Positions 1 to 10,206 are shown, numbered from the stretch's first letter. The stretch: 64,000 nucleotides of DNA from Candidatus Poribacteria bacterium (GCA_965218095.1 OZ244587.1:6208001-6272000); one strand, 5' to 3'. Notes: generated by a model from the sequence alone, not told the origin. A program made the numbers and translations.

Positions 1-568
1 TGATCGGAATGAACGCCGGGAACTGCTCACTTTGGAAGTCACAGACCATAGCGGCACGGTTCATCCAGCACGCTCGCTCTCAGATGGGACCTTGCGCTTT
101 CTAGCACTATCGGTTTTAGAATTAGACCCAAAAACAAGTGGCCTCATCTGCATGGAAGAACCGGAAAGCGGTATTCATCCAGCACGAATTCCCTCGATCT
201 TACGTCTGCTTCAGGATATCGCCACCGATGTGACCAACCCTGTTAAATCAGATAACCCACTATCTCAGGTGATTGTCAATACGCATTCCCCATCCGTCGT
301 ACAGCAAGTTCTTGAGGATACGCTTTTGGTTGCGGAATTAAGAGAGATGGTACAGGATGGTCAGCGATTTAAGGGGGGGCGCTTTAGTTGGTTACCCGAT
401 ACATGGCGAGAAGATACCCTGCCGGATGTCCAGCCTGTAGCTCTAGGTCAACTGTTGGCTTACCTAGAGTCTACAAGGCCAATAGACCCGCCGCCGAAAT
501 CGAAGCCGAAAAAGCCCCAGCGGGTTATAGAGAGCCTCCAACTCCTACTTCCAACTCCTACTATTTGA
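1..568 (+). CDS. AAA/ABC-type ATPase (AAA_21-like), C-terminal part; 5' end outside window
   Basis: Signature LSDGTLRFL, Walker B/D-loop ICMEEPESGIHP, H-loop VNTHSP. Confidence 0.8.
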   Translation, partial: DRNERRELLTLEVTDHSGTVHPARSLSDGTLRFLALSVLELDPKTSGLICMEEPESGIHPARIPSILRLLQDIATDVTNPVKSDNPLSQVIVNTHSPSVVQQVLEDTLLVAELREMVQDGQRFKGGRFSWLPDTWREDTLPDVQPVALGQLLAYLESTRPIDPPPKSKPKKPQRVIESLQLLLPTPTI

Positions 569-583
569 TTCTAGTGATACAGA

Positions 584-1225
584 ATGACAGAGCTACGTTA
601 TACCGTGGTGACGGATGGTAGTTCAGACGTCGCATTAATCCCGATTCTTACCTGGTTATTGAGGGCAAATGGCGTTGCGTATGCCATTCAACCTACATGG
701 GCTGACTTGCGCCAGGTCCACCGTCCAAAGCAAATGAAATTAGAGGATAAAGTCTGCTAGAGTCTCGAACTCTATCCTTGTGAACTCCTTTTCGTTCATC
801 GGGATGCAGAAAAAGAGCCGCGCGAGAAGCGTGTCAATGAGATAACGACAGCGATTGAAAAAGTCGTTACCTTCGTTCCACCAGCGATTTGCGTTGTGCC
901 TGTTCGTATGCAAGAGGCATGGTTACTACTTGACGAAACAGCCATCAAGCGTGCAGCTGGAAACTCTTCTAACCGTCAATCACTAAATCTTCCTCCAATC
1001 AATCGGCTAGAGGACTTGCCCGATCCGAAGACCAAACTGCATAATCGTCTCAAACAAGCCAGCAATCTCAGAGGACGGCGTTTAAGGGGATTTCCGGTGA
1101 GTCAGCGTGCCCGCCGTGTTACTGAGTTCATTCATGATTTTTCACCCTTACGTGCATTATCTGCCTTCACTGCTTTGGAGTGCAAGCTCAAACAAATAAT
1201 CAAACAACAGGGCTGGGGCCCTTAG
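584..1225 (+). pseudogene. ATPase-partner protein (DUF4276/RloB-like, TOPRIM-like) with in-frame TAG at 758-760
   Basis: ATG 584 reads MTELRYTVVTDGSSD...KVC*SLELYPCELLFVHRDAE and continues in frame into ORF 896..1225 (VPVRMQEAWLL). Confidence 0.7.
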
Positions 1226-1262
1226 CGAAACACACAAGTTGACAGGAGTTGTGGGAACGATT

Positions 1263-2435
1263 ATGGAAAAGCTATTTCTCGTTCACTACGGCGAAGTTGG
1301 ATTAAAAGGCAAGAATAGGTCTTTTTTTGAGAAAAAACTCGTTCAAAATATCCGGCTTTCTCTGAAAGACACGGGATACGCAGAGGTGCAACGTATATAC
1401 GGTCGGATCCTAGTGACGCTACGACCGGAGGCGGATGTCGTGGCAATCCAAGAGCGATTGGGCAAAGTCATGGGAATTGCTCATTTCGAGCCCGCTGGCG
1501 CGACAGCGCAGAACATGGACGCGATTCAAGCGACTGCATTAGAGCTAATTAAGGACAGCCAGTTTAAGACGCTCAAGGTTGAAACAAAACGTGCTAACAA
1601 GCGTTTTCCGCTCACTTCGCCGGAGATTAGCGCGGCAGTGGGGGCGCATTTACTCAAGGGCACCGGCGCGACAGCGAATATGCACAATCCCGACCTACGC
1701 TGCAACATTGAAATTGTTGAAGATGCAGCGTACATCTACGCGGAAAAGATTCGAGGGGTAGGCGGTCTGCCCATTGGCGTTAGCGGGAAAGTCCTCGTCA
1801 TGCTTTCTGGTGGGATCGATTCACCGGTTGCCGCATGGCGGATGATGAAACGGGGCGCCAAGGCGCTCTTCGTTCACTTTTACAGTTATCCCTACACCGA
1901 CAAAGCATCGCTTGAGAAGGTGGAGGAGCTCGCGCAGATTCTGGCAATCTGGAATTATCGGACACAGGTCTACCTCGTGCCATTCGCCGATGTACAGCGG
2001 GAGATTGTCACAAAAACCCCTGCCTCCTTCCGGGTGATCCTTTACCGCCGAATGATGGTGCGCATTGCACAACGAATCGCAGCCACTGCAAAAGCGGATG
2101 CCCTCGTCACGGGTGAAAGCCTTGGACAGGTTGCCTCACAGACGTTGGGCAACATCCGGGTGATCGAAGATGTCGCGGAGATTCCCATCTTGCGTCCGCT
2201 CATCGGCGACGACAAAGCAGAAATTATGGAACTGGCGCAGCAGATCGGAACGTTTGAAATCTCGATTCTCCCACATGATGATTGCTGTTCCCTTTTTGTC
2301 CCGGAACACCCCGCAACGAACGCATCGCTTGAAGCTGTCCGAGAGGCGGAGGCAGAACTAGAAATCGATGCGCTTGTGGCGCAAGCCATCGAAGCAGTTG
2401 AAAAACAGACAATTGACGATTCCGAGTTATGTTGA
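1263..2435 (+). CDS. thiI: tRNA 4-thiouridine synthase ThiI
   Basis: HYGEVGLKGKNR N-terminus, THUMP domain, PP-loop LSGGIDSPVA, TGESLGQVASQT, DCC. Confidence 0.95.
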   Translation: MEKLFLVHYGEVGLKGKNRSFFEKKLVQNIRLSLKDTGYAEVQRIYGRILVTLRPEADVVAIQERLGKVMGIAHFEPAGATAQNMDAIQATALELIKDSQFKTLKVETKRANKRFPLTSPEISAAVGAHLLKGTGATANMHNPDLRCNIEIVEDAAYIYAEKIRGVGGLPIGVSGKVLVMLSGGIDSPVAAWRMMKRGAKALFVHFYSYPYTDKASLEKVEELAQILAIWNYRTQVYLVPFADVQREIVTKTPASFRVILYRRMMVRIAQRIAATAKADALVTGESLGQVASQTLGNIRVIEDVAEIPILRPLIGDDKAEIMELAQQIGTFEISILPHDDCCSLFVPEHPATNASLEAVREAEAELEIDALVAQAIEAVEKQTIDDSELC

Positions 2436-2447
2436 GGAGGGAAGAAA

Positions 2448-3230
2448 ATGCCTAGATTGACTAATGACAAATGGAAACACGGATATATTCTACCTTCACA
2501 TCCGAAAGCATCTGGCAGAGCAACGATTTATATTGAAGGATACCCATCGGAGGATGACGAACCAATGGCGGCGACCAAATTCCACGTACGGCAGATCGTA
2601 CCCCTTAGTTACTAGCTGAAGGCTTTCTTCGGCTGGGAGGAAAGGGTCTATGTGGGTACTGATAGCTTTATCTATTACCGAGAGGACAAGCCCACCAGAA
2701 AGGTAGCGCTAGATGTGTTTGTTGCCTTTGGTGTGGATGCGATTCCGGCACGACGAAGTTTTTACACCTGGGCGGAAAGCGCGGTTCCTGCGATTGCCTT
2801 TGAATTTCTATCGGATGAGACGAAAAGCAGCGATCTTACAAAAAAAACACAATTGTATTTACAGAAAATTGGGATGCAGGAGTATTTTGTTCACCAACCC
2901 GAAGGGAACAAGCCACCCGAGTTTCGCGAGTTCCGACGGACCGCAGAAGGGGAAATCATCGAAATCGAATCCGATGAGTGGGGATGGTTGTTTAGCAAGG
3001 TACTAAATCTGTGGTTTGCGCCGGAAGATCAACCAGATAAGGTGAGATTGATGCGTCCGTATTATCCCGATGGCGCTCCCCTACCCACCTATGATGAAGT
3101 CAAACAGGAACGGGATCGTTTCAAGAGAGAAGCAGTGGAAGCTGAAACGAAGGCACGGGCAGAAGCTGAAACCCACGCGGAACTAGAGTCTGAATTAGAA
3201 AGATTACGCTAGCTTTTGGCACAACATTGA
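2448..3230 (+). pseudogene. Uma2-family endonuclease-like protein with in-frame TAG at 2613-2615 and 3210-3212
   Basis: GAGGAGG RBS then ATG 2448; YPSEDDEPMAAT, DVFVAFG, FEFLS, QEYFV motifs; frame continues ERLR*LLAQH to TGA 3228-3230. Confidence 0.75.
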
Positions 3231-3232
3231 GT

Positions 3233-4369
3233 ATGAAAAACATCCTCCTCATCCGTCTCAGCTCGCTTGGCGATATTGTCCTCACCTCGCCAGCGATTCG
3301 CGCTGTGCGGCAGCACTTCCCGCACGCCCGAATCGCTATGCTCGTGGCGAAGCAGTCCGCCGATCTACTCACAGAAAATCCGCACCTCGACGAAGTGGTC
3401 ATCTTTGACCGAAATGCCCAAAATAAGGATACCGGCGAGATGCGGCGGGTGATTCGTCTTCTGCGGGAACGGAATTTTGATCTCGCGATCGATTTCCAAC
3501 GCAAATTCCGTACAAGTCTGCTCGCGTATTTAAGCGGCGCGAAGCGCCGTGTTGGCTATCATCAACCCAATGGGTTGCTGTGTACCGTCCGTGTGCCGGA
3601 CCGTGTCAACAAGTCTCCCCGCCCCGATGGAATCGGTCTGGGACTCTCGGTGCTGCACCGGAGGATCGAAACCGAATTGCATCGGGACTCAGAGCAACTA
3701 GCGAAGCAAGATCCCGGTTCATCGGGGCACGCTATCGATCGCTACTTCGATCTGCTGCACGCGATTGGGATTCCGGCGACAGATCGGACGTTGGAGTTGT
3801 TCATTACGGAGGCAGACTGCGCTTTTGCCTGTGATACTCTTGCTACCAAAGGAGTTCACTCCGATCAGGTGAAGATCGGACTGTTTCCGGGGGCGGGGTG
3901 GAAATTGCGGGAGTGGATGCCGAATCGCTTTGCGGCAATCGGCGACCTCGTGACGAAACACTTTGATGCACAGGTGCTGATTTTCGGTGGGGCGAATGAG
4001 CGGGGGCTCGTCGATCTGGTTGCCAACCTCATGACGACGAAGCCGATTTCGTTTGCCGGAGATCTCCGCATGCGTCAGTTGGCAGCGTTAATTGAGCAGT
4101 GTGACCTCTTCATTACGAACGACACCGGACCAATGCACGTTGCCGCAGCAATGCACACGCCGATCGTTGCACTGTTTGGGCCGGGCGCCCACCTCCGCTT
4201 TCAGCCGCTCGATCCGATGCACACGACCATCCGCCATCATGTGCCGTGCAATCCGTGCAAACAGTTCACGGGCAAGTGCAAAAACAACATCTGCATGAAA
4301 CTAATTACTGTCGATGAAGTTTGGGAAACTGTTCGCCAGAAGTTGTCCAGCGGTTTGTCCAACGGTTGA
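3233..4369 (+). CDS. GT9 glycosyltransferase (LPS heptosyltransferase II-like) with an internal ~35-aa insertion
   Basis: ILLIRLSSLGDIV, NDTGPMHVAAA, LFGP, C-terminal Cys cluster PCNPC...CKNNICM. Confidence 0.9.
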   Translation: MKNILLIRLSSLGDIVLTSPAIRAVRQHFPHARIAMLVAKQSADLLTENPHLDEVVIFDRNAQNKDTGEMRRVIRLLRERNFDLAIDFQRKFRTSLLAYLSGAKRRVGYHQPNGLLCTVRVPDRVNKSPRPDGIGLGLSVLHRRIETELHRDSEQLAKQDPGSSGHAIDRYFDLLHAIGIPATDRTLELFITEADCAFACDTLATKGVHSDQVKIGLFPGAGWKLREWMPNRFAAIGDLVTKHFDAQVLIFGGANERGLVDLVANLMTTKPISFAGDLRMRQLAALIEQCDLFITNDTGPMHVAAAMHTPIVALFGPGAHLRFQPLDPMHTTIRHHVPCNPCKQFTGKCKNNICMKLITVDEVWETVRQKLSSGLSNG

Positions 4370-4403
4370 GAGTCCTTTATTTGCCTCTACGTTTCGGGGG
4401 CTT

Positions 4404-4592
4404 TCACTTTATTCTAACAAATTTTTTGAATGAACCATCCGCATTCCGTTCAACCTGAGTTCCCGCCTTAAGCCAGAATCTATCAGATAACTTCCAGGAT
4501 TTCTCACACATGACGTGCAACCCCCTCTCAAGTACAACGCGAGCATGCTCATAGTGCAGTGTATGCGGTGAAGCCACAATCACACCGTCCAT
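4404..4592 (-). pseudogene. Fragment of Gfo/Idh/MocA oxidoreductase joined to unrelated sequence
   Basis: DGVIVASPHTLHYEHARVVLERGLHVMCEK motif only; rest of the gene absent. Confidence 0.55.
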
Positions 4593-4735
4593 TTCGCGCT
4601 GCTTATCCCGAAAAAGCGATTGACCGATACAGCGGTTTGGTGTTACAATGTTCTTAATTTCAGTATGTCACTACATTTTACACATTATACCTCATCTCCC
4701 ACGCTTCTTCGATTATCTCGAGAGGGTTCTCTCCC

Positions 4736-5485
4736 ATGTCATCCCAGCAAGAAATGACAATCCCTTCGCTAAACTATTCATTGGTTTATGTCCCCGATGG
4801 GCCATTCATCATGGGAACGATTCCGACGGGGCTGCGAAAAACTGACCATGAAGAACCGCAGCGCGAAGTGGCGCTCGACGCTTACTATATTGGGAAGTAT
4901 CTCGTGACCAATGCCCAATACGTACAATTTGTGGAAGCGGGGCAATATTATCCGCCGCGTTTTCATACCGATCCGCGCTTCAACGCGCCAAATTGCCCTG
5001 TCGTTGGGGTGAGTTGGCACGATGCGCAGGCGTTTCTGGATTGGCTCAACGAACTTACGGGCGAAGCGTATCGCCTGCCGACGGAAGCGGAGTGGGAAAA
5101 GGCAGCACGAGGCACGGATGGTCGGGCGTATCCTTGGGGGAATGAATGGGATGCTTCCAGAGCAAATACCTCGGAAAGCCGCCTTAAACAGCCTACGCCT
5201 GTCGGCAGCTATCCGGATGGCGTCAGCCCTTACGATTGTTACGACATGGGAGGGAATGTTTACGAGTGGTGCAACGATTGGTCTCACCCACAGACGTATC
5301 AATACGCACCGGCACAAAATCCTCAGGGCCCAGTTGATGGAAGACGCAAGGTAATCCGAGGAGGCTCATGGGTTGCGCGTGGAGAATTCGCGGCGCGATG
5401 TGCCAACCGTGCGGCGTATGAACCGATGGAGATGGTGCATAACGTTGGGATCCGGATTGCGAAGTCAGCCTCTGAATCAATCTGA
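4736..5485 (+). CDS. Formylglycine-generating enzyme (SUMF1/FGE-sulfatase) domain protein
   Basis: FIMG, PVVGVSWHDA, RLPTEAEWEKAARG, YDMGGNVYEW, RGGSW. Confidence 0.9.
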   Translation: MSSQQEMTIPSLNYSLVYVPDGPFIMGTIPTGLRKTDHEEPQREVALDAYYIGKYLVTNAQYVQFVEAGQYYPPRFHTDPRFNAPNCPVVGVSWHDAQAFLDWLNELTGEAYRLPTEAEWEKAARGTDGRAYPWGNEWDASRANTSESRLKQPTPVGSYPDGVSPYDCYDMGGNVYEWCNDWSHPQTYQYAPAQNPQGPVDGRRKVIRGGSWVARGEFAARCANRAAYEPMEMVHNVGIRIAKSASESI

Positions 5486-5746
5486 GGGTGATAGTTTGCG
5501 CCCGCGTTGGGAAAGGATCCTGTCCCAATCTGGATAGTCTTTCTTGGTTTGCCACTGTTTTACCGCTTCCTTGAAATCAAGCATATCCATGACAAAGCCT
5601 TCAAGAACGAGCGGATCTGCCCTTTGAACAAGTTGAAGAAACTCGCGTGTTTCCACTCTCCCAATTTCCTAGCATAAGCGTTCGATTGTCTGACCAAGCA
5701 ATTTTCCTTTTGGACTTTCCTGATCAAACTGTACCAATTCTGCCAT
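5477..5746 (-). pseudogene. Small hypothetical protein (89 codons) with in-frame TAG at 5671-5669
   Basis: AGGAGG RBS then ATG 5746: MAELVQFDQESPKGKLLGQTIERLC*EIGRVETREFLQLVQ... to TGA at 5479-5477; not in the ORF track. Confidence 0.55.
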
Positions 5747-5781
5747 CGCAATGACCTCCTTTCAAATTTAGGTAGATAATA

Positions 5782-5919
5782 CCTTGACTTTGTTACATTC
5801 GCCCCCCGGCCCCCAATTCTGGGGGAGTTTTTACGATTCTCCCTCCAGCATTGAGGGACCGGGGGGGCAAGCCACCAGAGGATCTGCCGATGAGTTCTTT
5901 TAATCTAACAAAGTCAAGA
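5782..5919. mobile_element. MITE-like element, 18-bp imperfect terminal inverted repeats, TA on both sides
   Basis: Left CCTTGACTTTGTTACATT vs right (reverse complement) TCTTGACTTTGTTAGATT; TA at 5780-81 and 5920-21; internal GC-rich hairpins. Confidence 0.6.
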
Positions 5920-5963
5920 TACAAAGTTGACGAAATATTGTCAAGAGCAAAGAAGATGATGCC

Positions 5964-7526
5964 ATGTTAGGCCGCAAAAGCTCTCGTCCATTTTTAATTT
6001 GCTCACTCATCATTCACCTCATCGCTGCGCTCATCATGATTCAGATGCAGTCTGAACAGCGTCAAATATCATCCTTTGATGGCAGCGTTGTGCTTGACAT
6101 TACCCACATTTCACGTCCAACGGTTCGCCCCCACGTCAAGGTTAAGCCGACTTCTCCACCTCTGCCTGCTGAACCTGTGGAAGCTGTTCAGGAAGTTTCT
6201 GCCCCTAAACCCAGGCTAGCTTCTGCCGCCGATTGGCTGACGGTTGATGCCCTCAAGATCAATCAGCGGATGGCAATTGTAGCGAAAATTGATTCGCCTG
6301 TCATCCCTGGCAGGGTTGGGCTTGCTCCCCAACCACGATTCGTCCCAACAGCACGTCCAAACTCCAGAGCACTCGCCATCACAGCAGTAGATCTACTGAG
6401 AGAAGGTTCAGAAAAAGTCTTGCCCTCGGCAGCACATGAGGACATTAATGTGACCGAAGTAGGAGACAATTTGGCCGAAAACTCTCCTGATGTCGGCATG
6501 GCGAAGTTGCGGGTTGGACGCAGGCGAGGCGAAGTGCTAGGCGGGATGCCCATCGGAAATGCTTCAGGTGGCGGTAGCGCTTCAGGCGTCTCCGCAGGAG
6601 AGAATTACGTCCAGATGATGACGGAACTTGCTCGAAGCCTGATAGATGCAGCAACCGCTCACAAGATTGACCTGGTTTTTATCATTGACAAGACTGGGAG
6701 TATGGAAGACAATGTGCGCGGCATCCGGGCGTACATTGACCTCTTCTTTGAGCATTTCACCCGTGCAGGACACGACGCCGCTTTTGGCTTGGTCACATTC
6801 GCCGACGCAACACGCAAAAAGCCGAAGGTTCGTGGCGTCACGGCAAATCATGGCAAATTCAAAAATTGGCTTTACAAAATCAAATTTGAAGGCGGGGGCG
6901 ATCTCGCTGAATCGGGGCTGGACGCACTGATGGCTGCGTTAAATAAAATCAAATTCCGACGCGGTGCACAGCGGTTTTTCGTCCTTGCCAGTGATGGTAC
7001 CTTTCACGATGCGGATTACGACGGCAGGTCTGAGTACAGCCTTGATCAGGTCATCGAAACGTTGCAGCGTGAAGGCATCCAGGTCGATGTCATCGGACTC
7101 GATTTCCTGCCTATTAGACAGATTGCCTGGGGGACGGGCGGCGCCTGGCGGGCAATCCCCGGCAAAGGCTATCTGGAGCACATCCCGCCGATGCTGACAG
7201 CCAAAATGCTCTCTGAGCTTGGCGTGCTCGGTTTCAATGGAGACGCGCAGGAGGCAGATGAGCTTGTCGTTTATGTCAGTCGCAACCCGCGCCCAACATG
7301 GCTCAAAATTACGTGGAAGGTGCTTAACCCGCTGGGCGAGCGATGCTATGGTCCCTTCACAGAACACCTTGATATTCCCAACGATGGTTCAGATGCAGTG
7401 AGATTTACCTCTGCGATTGATGTCAGCCAATTTTTCTCCATGCCGGGAACATACACTGTCATCTACCGACTCGAAAATGATCTCGGGCATCGAAGTATCC
7501 TGCGCCGTGTGCTTCAAAAGGAATGA
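5964..7526 (+). CDS. Membrane-anchored von Willebrand factor A domain protein
   Basis: N-terminal TM (SLIIHLIAALIMI), Pro-rich linker, MIDAS DLVFIIDKTGSM, EGGGDLAESGLDAL. Confidence 0.8.
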   Translation: MLGRKSSRPFLICSLIIHLIAALIMIQMQSEQRQISSFDGSVVLDITHISRPTVRPHVKVKPTSPPLPAEPVEAVQEVSAPKPRLASAADWLTVDALKINQRMAIVAKIDSPVIPGRVGLAPQPRFVPTARPNSRALAITAVDLLREGSEKVLPSAAHEDINVTEVGDNLAENSPDVGMAKLRVGRRRGEVLGGMPIGNASGGGSASGVSAGENYVQMMTELARSLIDAATAHKIDLVFIIDKTGSMEDNVRGIRAYIDLFFEHFTRAGHDAAFGLVTFADATRKKPKVRGVTANHGKFKNWLYKIKFEGGGDLAESGLDALMAALNKIKFRRGAQRFFVLASDGTFHDADYDGRSEYSLDQVIETLQREGIQVDVIGLDFLPIRQIAWGTGGAWRAIPGKGYLEHIPPMLTAKMLSELGVLGFNGDAQEADELVVYVSRNPRPTWLKITWKVLNPLGERCYGPFTEHLDIPNDGSDAVRFTSAIDVSQFFSMPGTYTVIYRLENDLGHRSILRRVLQKE

Positions 7527-7612
7527 GTGAGTAAATAAGCGAATCGGCGAATCAACAATTACGCAGCACGCAATACGTAATACGCATCACGTTTCACGCA
7601 TTACGCACATAG
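7527..7612. repeat. Degenerate heptamer tandem repeats (TTACGCA / TTTCACG type)
   Basis: attacgcagcacgcaatacgtaatacgcatcacgtttcacgcattacgca; related arrays near 13480, 17390, 21595, 27860, 61440. Confidence 0.65.
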
Positions 7613-7620
7613 GAGTATTT

Positions 7621-8598
7621 ATGGTATCAGAGAAGCAGGTTGCTATCGACGCGGTGTTGAAAGCCGCACAGTTATGTCAGCAGGTACAATCCGATATGGG
7701 ACACACGGATGCAATGGAGAAAGCAGATCGAAGCCCCGTGACAATAGCGGACTTCGGGTCACAGGCTTTAATCTGTCAAGCCATCAGCAATGCTTTCCCA
7801 GATGATGTCATTGTTGCTGAAGAAGATTCTCAGGTGTTACGCGAACACACATCGCTTCTGAAGCGTGTGACAGGATATGTCAACCGTTTTGCCGACGTCC
7901 CCTCGCCTCAAACAGTCTGCGATTGGATTGATTGGGGCGGCGGAGAAGTCGGGGGACGCTTCTGGACGCTGGATCCGATTGATGGGACGAAAGGGTTCTT
8001 GAGAAAAGATCAATACGCCATCGCGCTGGCGTTGATCATTGATGGAGAGGTGAGGCTTGGAGTGCTTGGGTGCCCCAATTTGCCGCAGAGCTTGGATGAC
8101 CCATGGAGTGAAGCGCCCGATCCTATCGGGGCGAAACGCGGTTGTCTTTTTGTCGCGGTTCGGGGTGAAGGCACACGTATGCTTTCGTTAGATGAGGATT
8201 TCTCAGAACAGATTCACGTTTCTCAGACAGTCCTCCGTTTTGCAGAGAGTGTTGAGTCTGCTCACGGCGATCTTGATTCTCACGCCGAGATTACCCGTCA
8301 GGTTGGAATTAGTGAACCGCCGATTCGAATGGACAGCCAAGCGAAGTATGGCGTGGTCGCACGGGGAGAAGCGTCGGTCTATATCCGTTTGCCACATCCG
8401 GCGAATCCGAATTACCGTGAGTGCATCTGGGATCACGCTACCGGGATAATTGTGGTGGAGGAAGCGGGTGGAAAGGTGACGGATGCCGAAGGACGTCTAC
8501 TCGATTTCTTGCAAGGGAGACGGATGACCGCCAATCGCGGCATCCTGGCGACGAATGGGGAACTGCATCCGCATATGCTGGAGAGTATCCGCCACTGA
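7621..8598 (+). CDS. 3'(2'),5'-bisphosphate nucleotidase (HAL2-type, inositol monophosphatase superfamily)
   Basis: SPVTIADFGSQA, AEE, FWTLDPIDGTKGF, MDSQAKY, IWDHA. Confidence 0.9.
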   Translation: MVSEKQVAIDAVLKAAQLCQQVQSDMGHTDAMEKADRSPVTIADFGSQALICQAISNAFPDDVIVAEEDSQVLREHTSLLKRVTGYVNRFADVPSPQTVCDWIDWGGGEVGGRFWTLDPIDGTKGFLRKDQYAIALALIIDGEVRLGVLGCPNLPQSLDDPWSEAPDPIGAKRGCLFVAVRGEGTRMLSLDEDFSEQIHVSQTVLRFAESVESAHGDLDSHAEITRQVGISEPPIRMDSQAKYGVVARGEASVYIRLPHPANPNYRECIWDHATGIIVVEEAGGKVTDAEGRLLDFLQGRRMTANRGILATNGELHPHMLESIRH

Positions 8599-8658
8599 GA
8601 TCGTAGAAATGATTGTCGTAACCGTAGTAGAAACCGGGCACAGACATGTCTTTTATAA

Positions 8659-8737
8659 CCACGGATTAACAGAATTTCGCGGATTCTGTCTGGGTGCTGG
8701 CGGGAAAAAATCCGCGTAATTCTACGAAATCTGCGGT
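8659..8737. repeat. REP-like imperfect inverted repeat between convergent genes
   Basis: acggattaacagaatttcgcggat ... atccgcgtaattctacgaaatctgcgg; similar element at ~34711-34773. Confidence 0.45.
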
Positions 8738-10206
8738 TCTATATCCAACGGAAACAGCGGACGCCGCACATTCCGATACGTAAAATGCAGCGGATTCACC
8801 GCCGTCAGGCCGGGCGTATCGACTTCGATAATCTTCTCCGCAATCGGTTCGTAAGCGGCACGATAGGCAATGGCAGCCTTCACGACGATATACTTCATCC
8901 GCTCCGGATCGATGCCCAAACTCAAGAACTGATGGAGGCTGAATGGCACTTGACGTTTGCTGGTCAGCACGATTAGGCTCTTCTCCTCAATCTCCACAAC
9001 CGCTGTGACGCCCTGATCCTGGTAGCGTTGTCCCCCGTGTCGGGGCTCTGTTTCCTCGTAATAACCGTCATGAATGAGGCGAACGCGCCCGCTGATCGGG
9101 ACCAGCGAACCGTGCAGGTCGTCCGATTTCCCGCCGACAGTCAGATCGACATCCCCGCGAACGCCTGCCCGAATACACACCTCCACCTCCTGCGGCGCGT
9201 CGAGGATACAGACGAACCTGTCCGCTTTCTGCCGCAAGAGTTCACTCAGGATGAACGTGCTATCTCCTGGCGAACCGCCCCCAATATTATCCCCCATCTC
9301 GACCAGTATGACAGGGTGTGCCTCGCTTTGTATTGCCTGCGCGACCGCCGCCGCTGCATCTGGAAGATTGATGTTCAACCGATCGCGTACCTCCCAAAGC
9401 AGATTCGATAACCGTTCTGCCTCCATTTGGGCAAGCTGTGGGTCGTTATCGGTCACAACGACGGCGGCGGGGCCAATCTCATGAACATCAGCATACGGGT
9501 ATCCGGCAGCGACATTCGCTGCGAGAACGTCAGATCTGCTTTCCAGTTGCTCTGCTTCTCGAAGGATCGAGCACATCGGGTCTACACGAGTGTACTGATG
9601 CAAGATGTTGAAAATCATCGGCGGCTTGGCGAGGGCTTGCGTCGGCTTGGCCTTGCCGCGAATCGTGCGTATCAGGATGTCCGCGGCGTGAAGTCCCCGT
9701 TGACGCTGATCGATGTGGGGATTGGTCTTGTAAATCACCAGCGCTGTCGATTCCGCGACCATCTGCTCGGACACATTCGTATGATGGTCGAGCGTGGCGA
9801 CGATGGGAAAGTGCGCTCCCAACGCCTCACGCATCCGGCGTAAAACCTCGCCATCTCCATCAGGATAGCTCTCGGCGACCATCGCGCCGTGCAGCGCAAG
9901 TAATACCCCATTGAGATTTGGCACTGACTGAATACGCCGGATGAGTTCAGTGACGATTTCGTTAAAAACCTCATCGGTCACTCTGCCCGCAGGCGTTGCT
10001 GAAGCCATCAAGGTTGGGTGTAAGTCACAGTCGTATGCTGATGCGCCTTCGATAAAACCCCCAACCTCATGATGCGCTTCCCCCCAAATATAGAGGATGT
10101 CATCACCAAAGACCAGACGGCCCGATTCAAATGCAGCCCAATCCGTTGGCACGGTGCTGAATGTGTTGGACTCGTGCATGATGCCCCCGATTGCGATGGT
10201 TGCCAT
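8722..10206 (-). CDS. M81 family metallopeptidase (MlrC-like)
   Basis: IGGIMHESNTF, LALHGAMV, LDHHTN, PHID, GDNIGGG; start placed at MATIAIG (10206). Confidence 0.9.
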   Translation of the reverse strand: MATIAIGGIMHESNTFSTVPTDWAAFESGRLVFGDDILYIWGEAHHEVGGFIEGASAYDCDLHPTLMASATPAGRVTDEVFNEIVTELIRRIQSVPNLNGVLLALHGAMVAESYPDGDGEVLRRMREALGAHFPIVATLDHHTNVSEQMVAESTALVIYKTNPHIDQRQRGLHAADILIRTIRGKAKPTQALAKPPMIFNILHQYTRVDPMCSILREAEQLESRSDVLAANVAAGYPYADVHEIGPAAVVVTDNDPQLAQMEAERLSNLLWEVRDRLNINLPDAAAAVAQAIQSEAHPVILVEMGDNIGGGSPGDSTFILSELLRQKADRFVCILDAPQEVEVCIRAGVRGDVDLTVGGKSDDLHGSLVPISGRVRLIHDGYYEETEPRHGGQRYQDQGVTAVVEIEEKSLIVLTSKRQVPFSLHQFLSLGIDPERMKYIVVKAAIAYRAAYEPIAEKIIEVDTPGLTAVNPLHFTYRNVRRPLFPLDIEPQIS

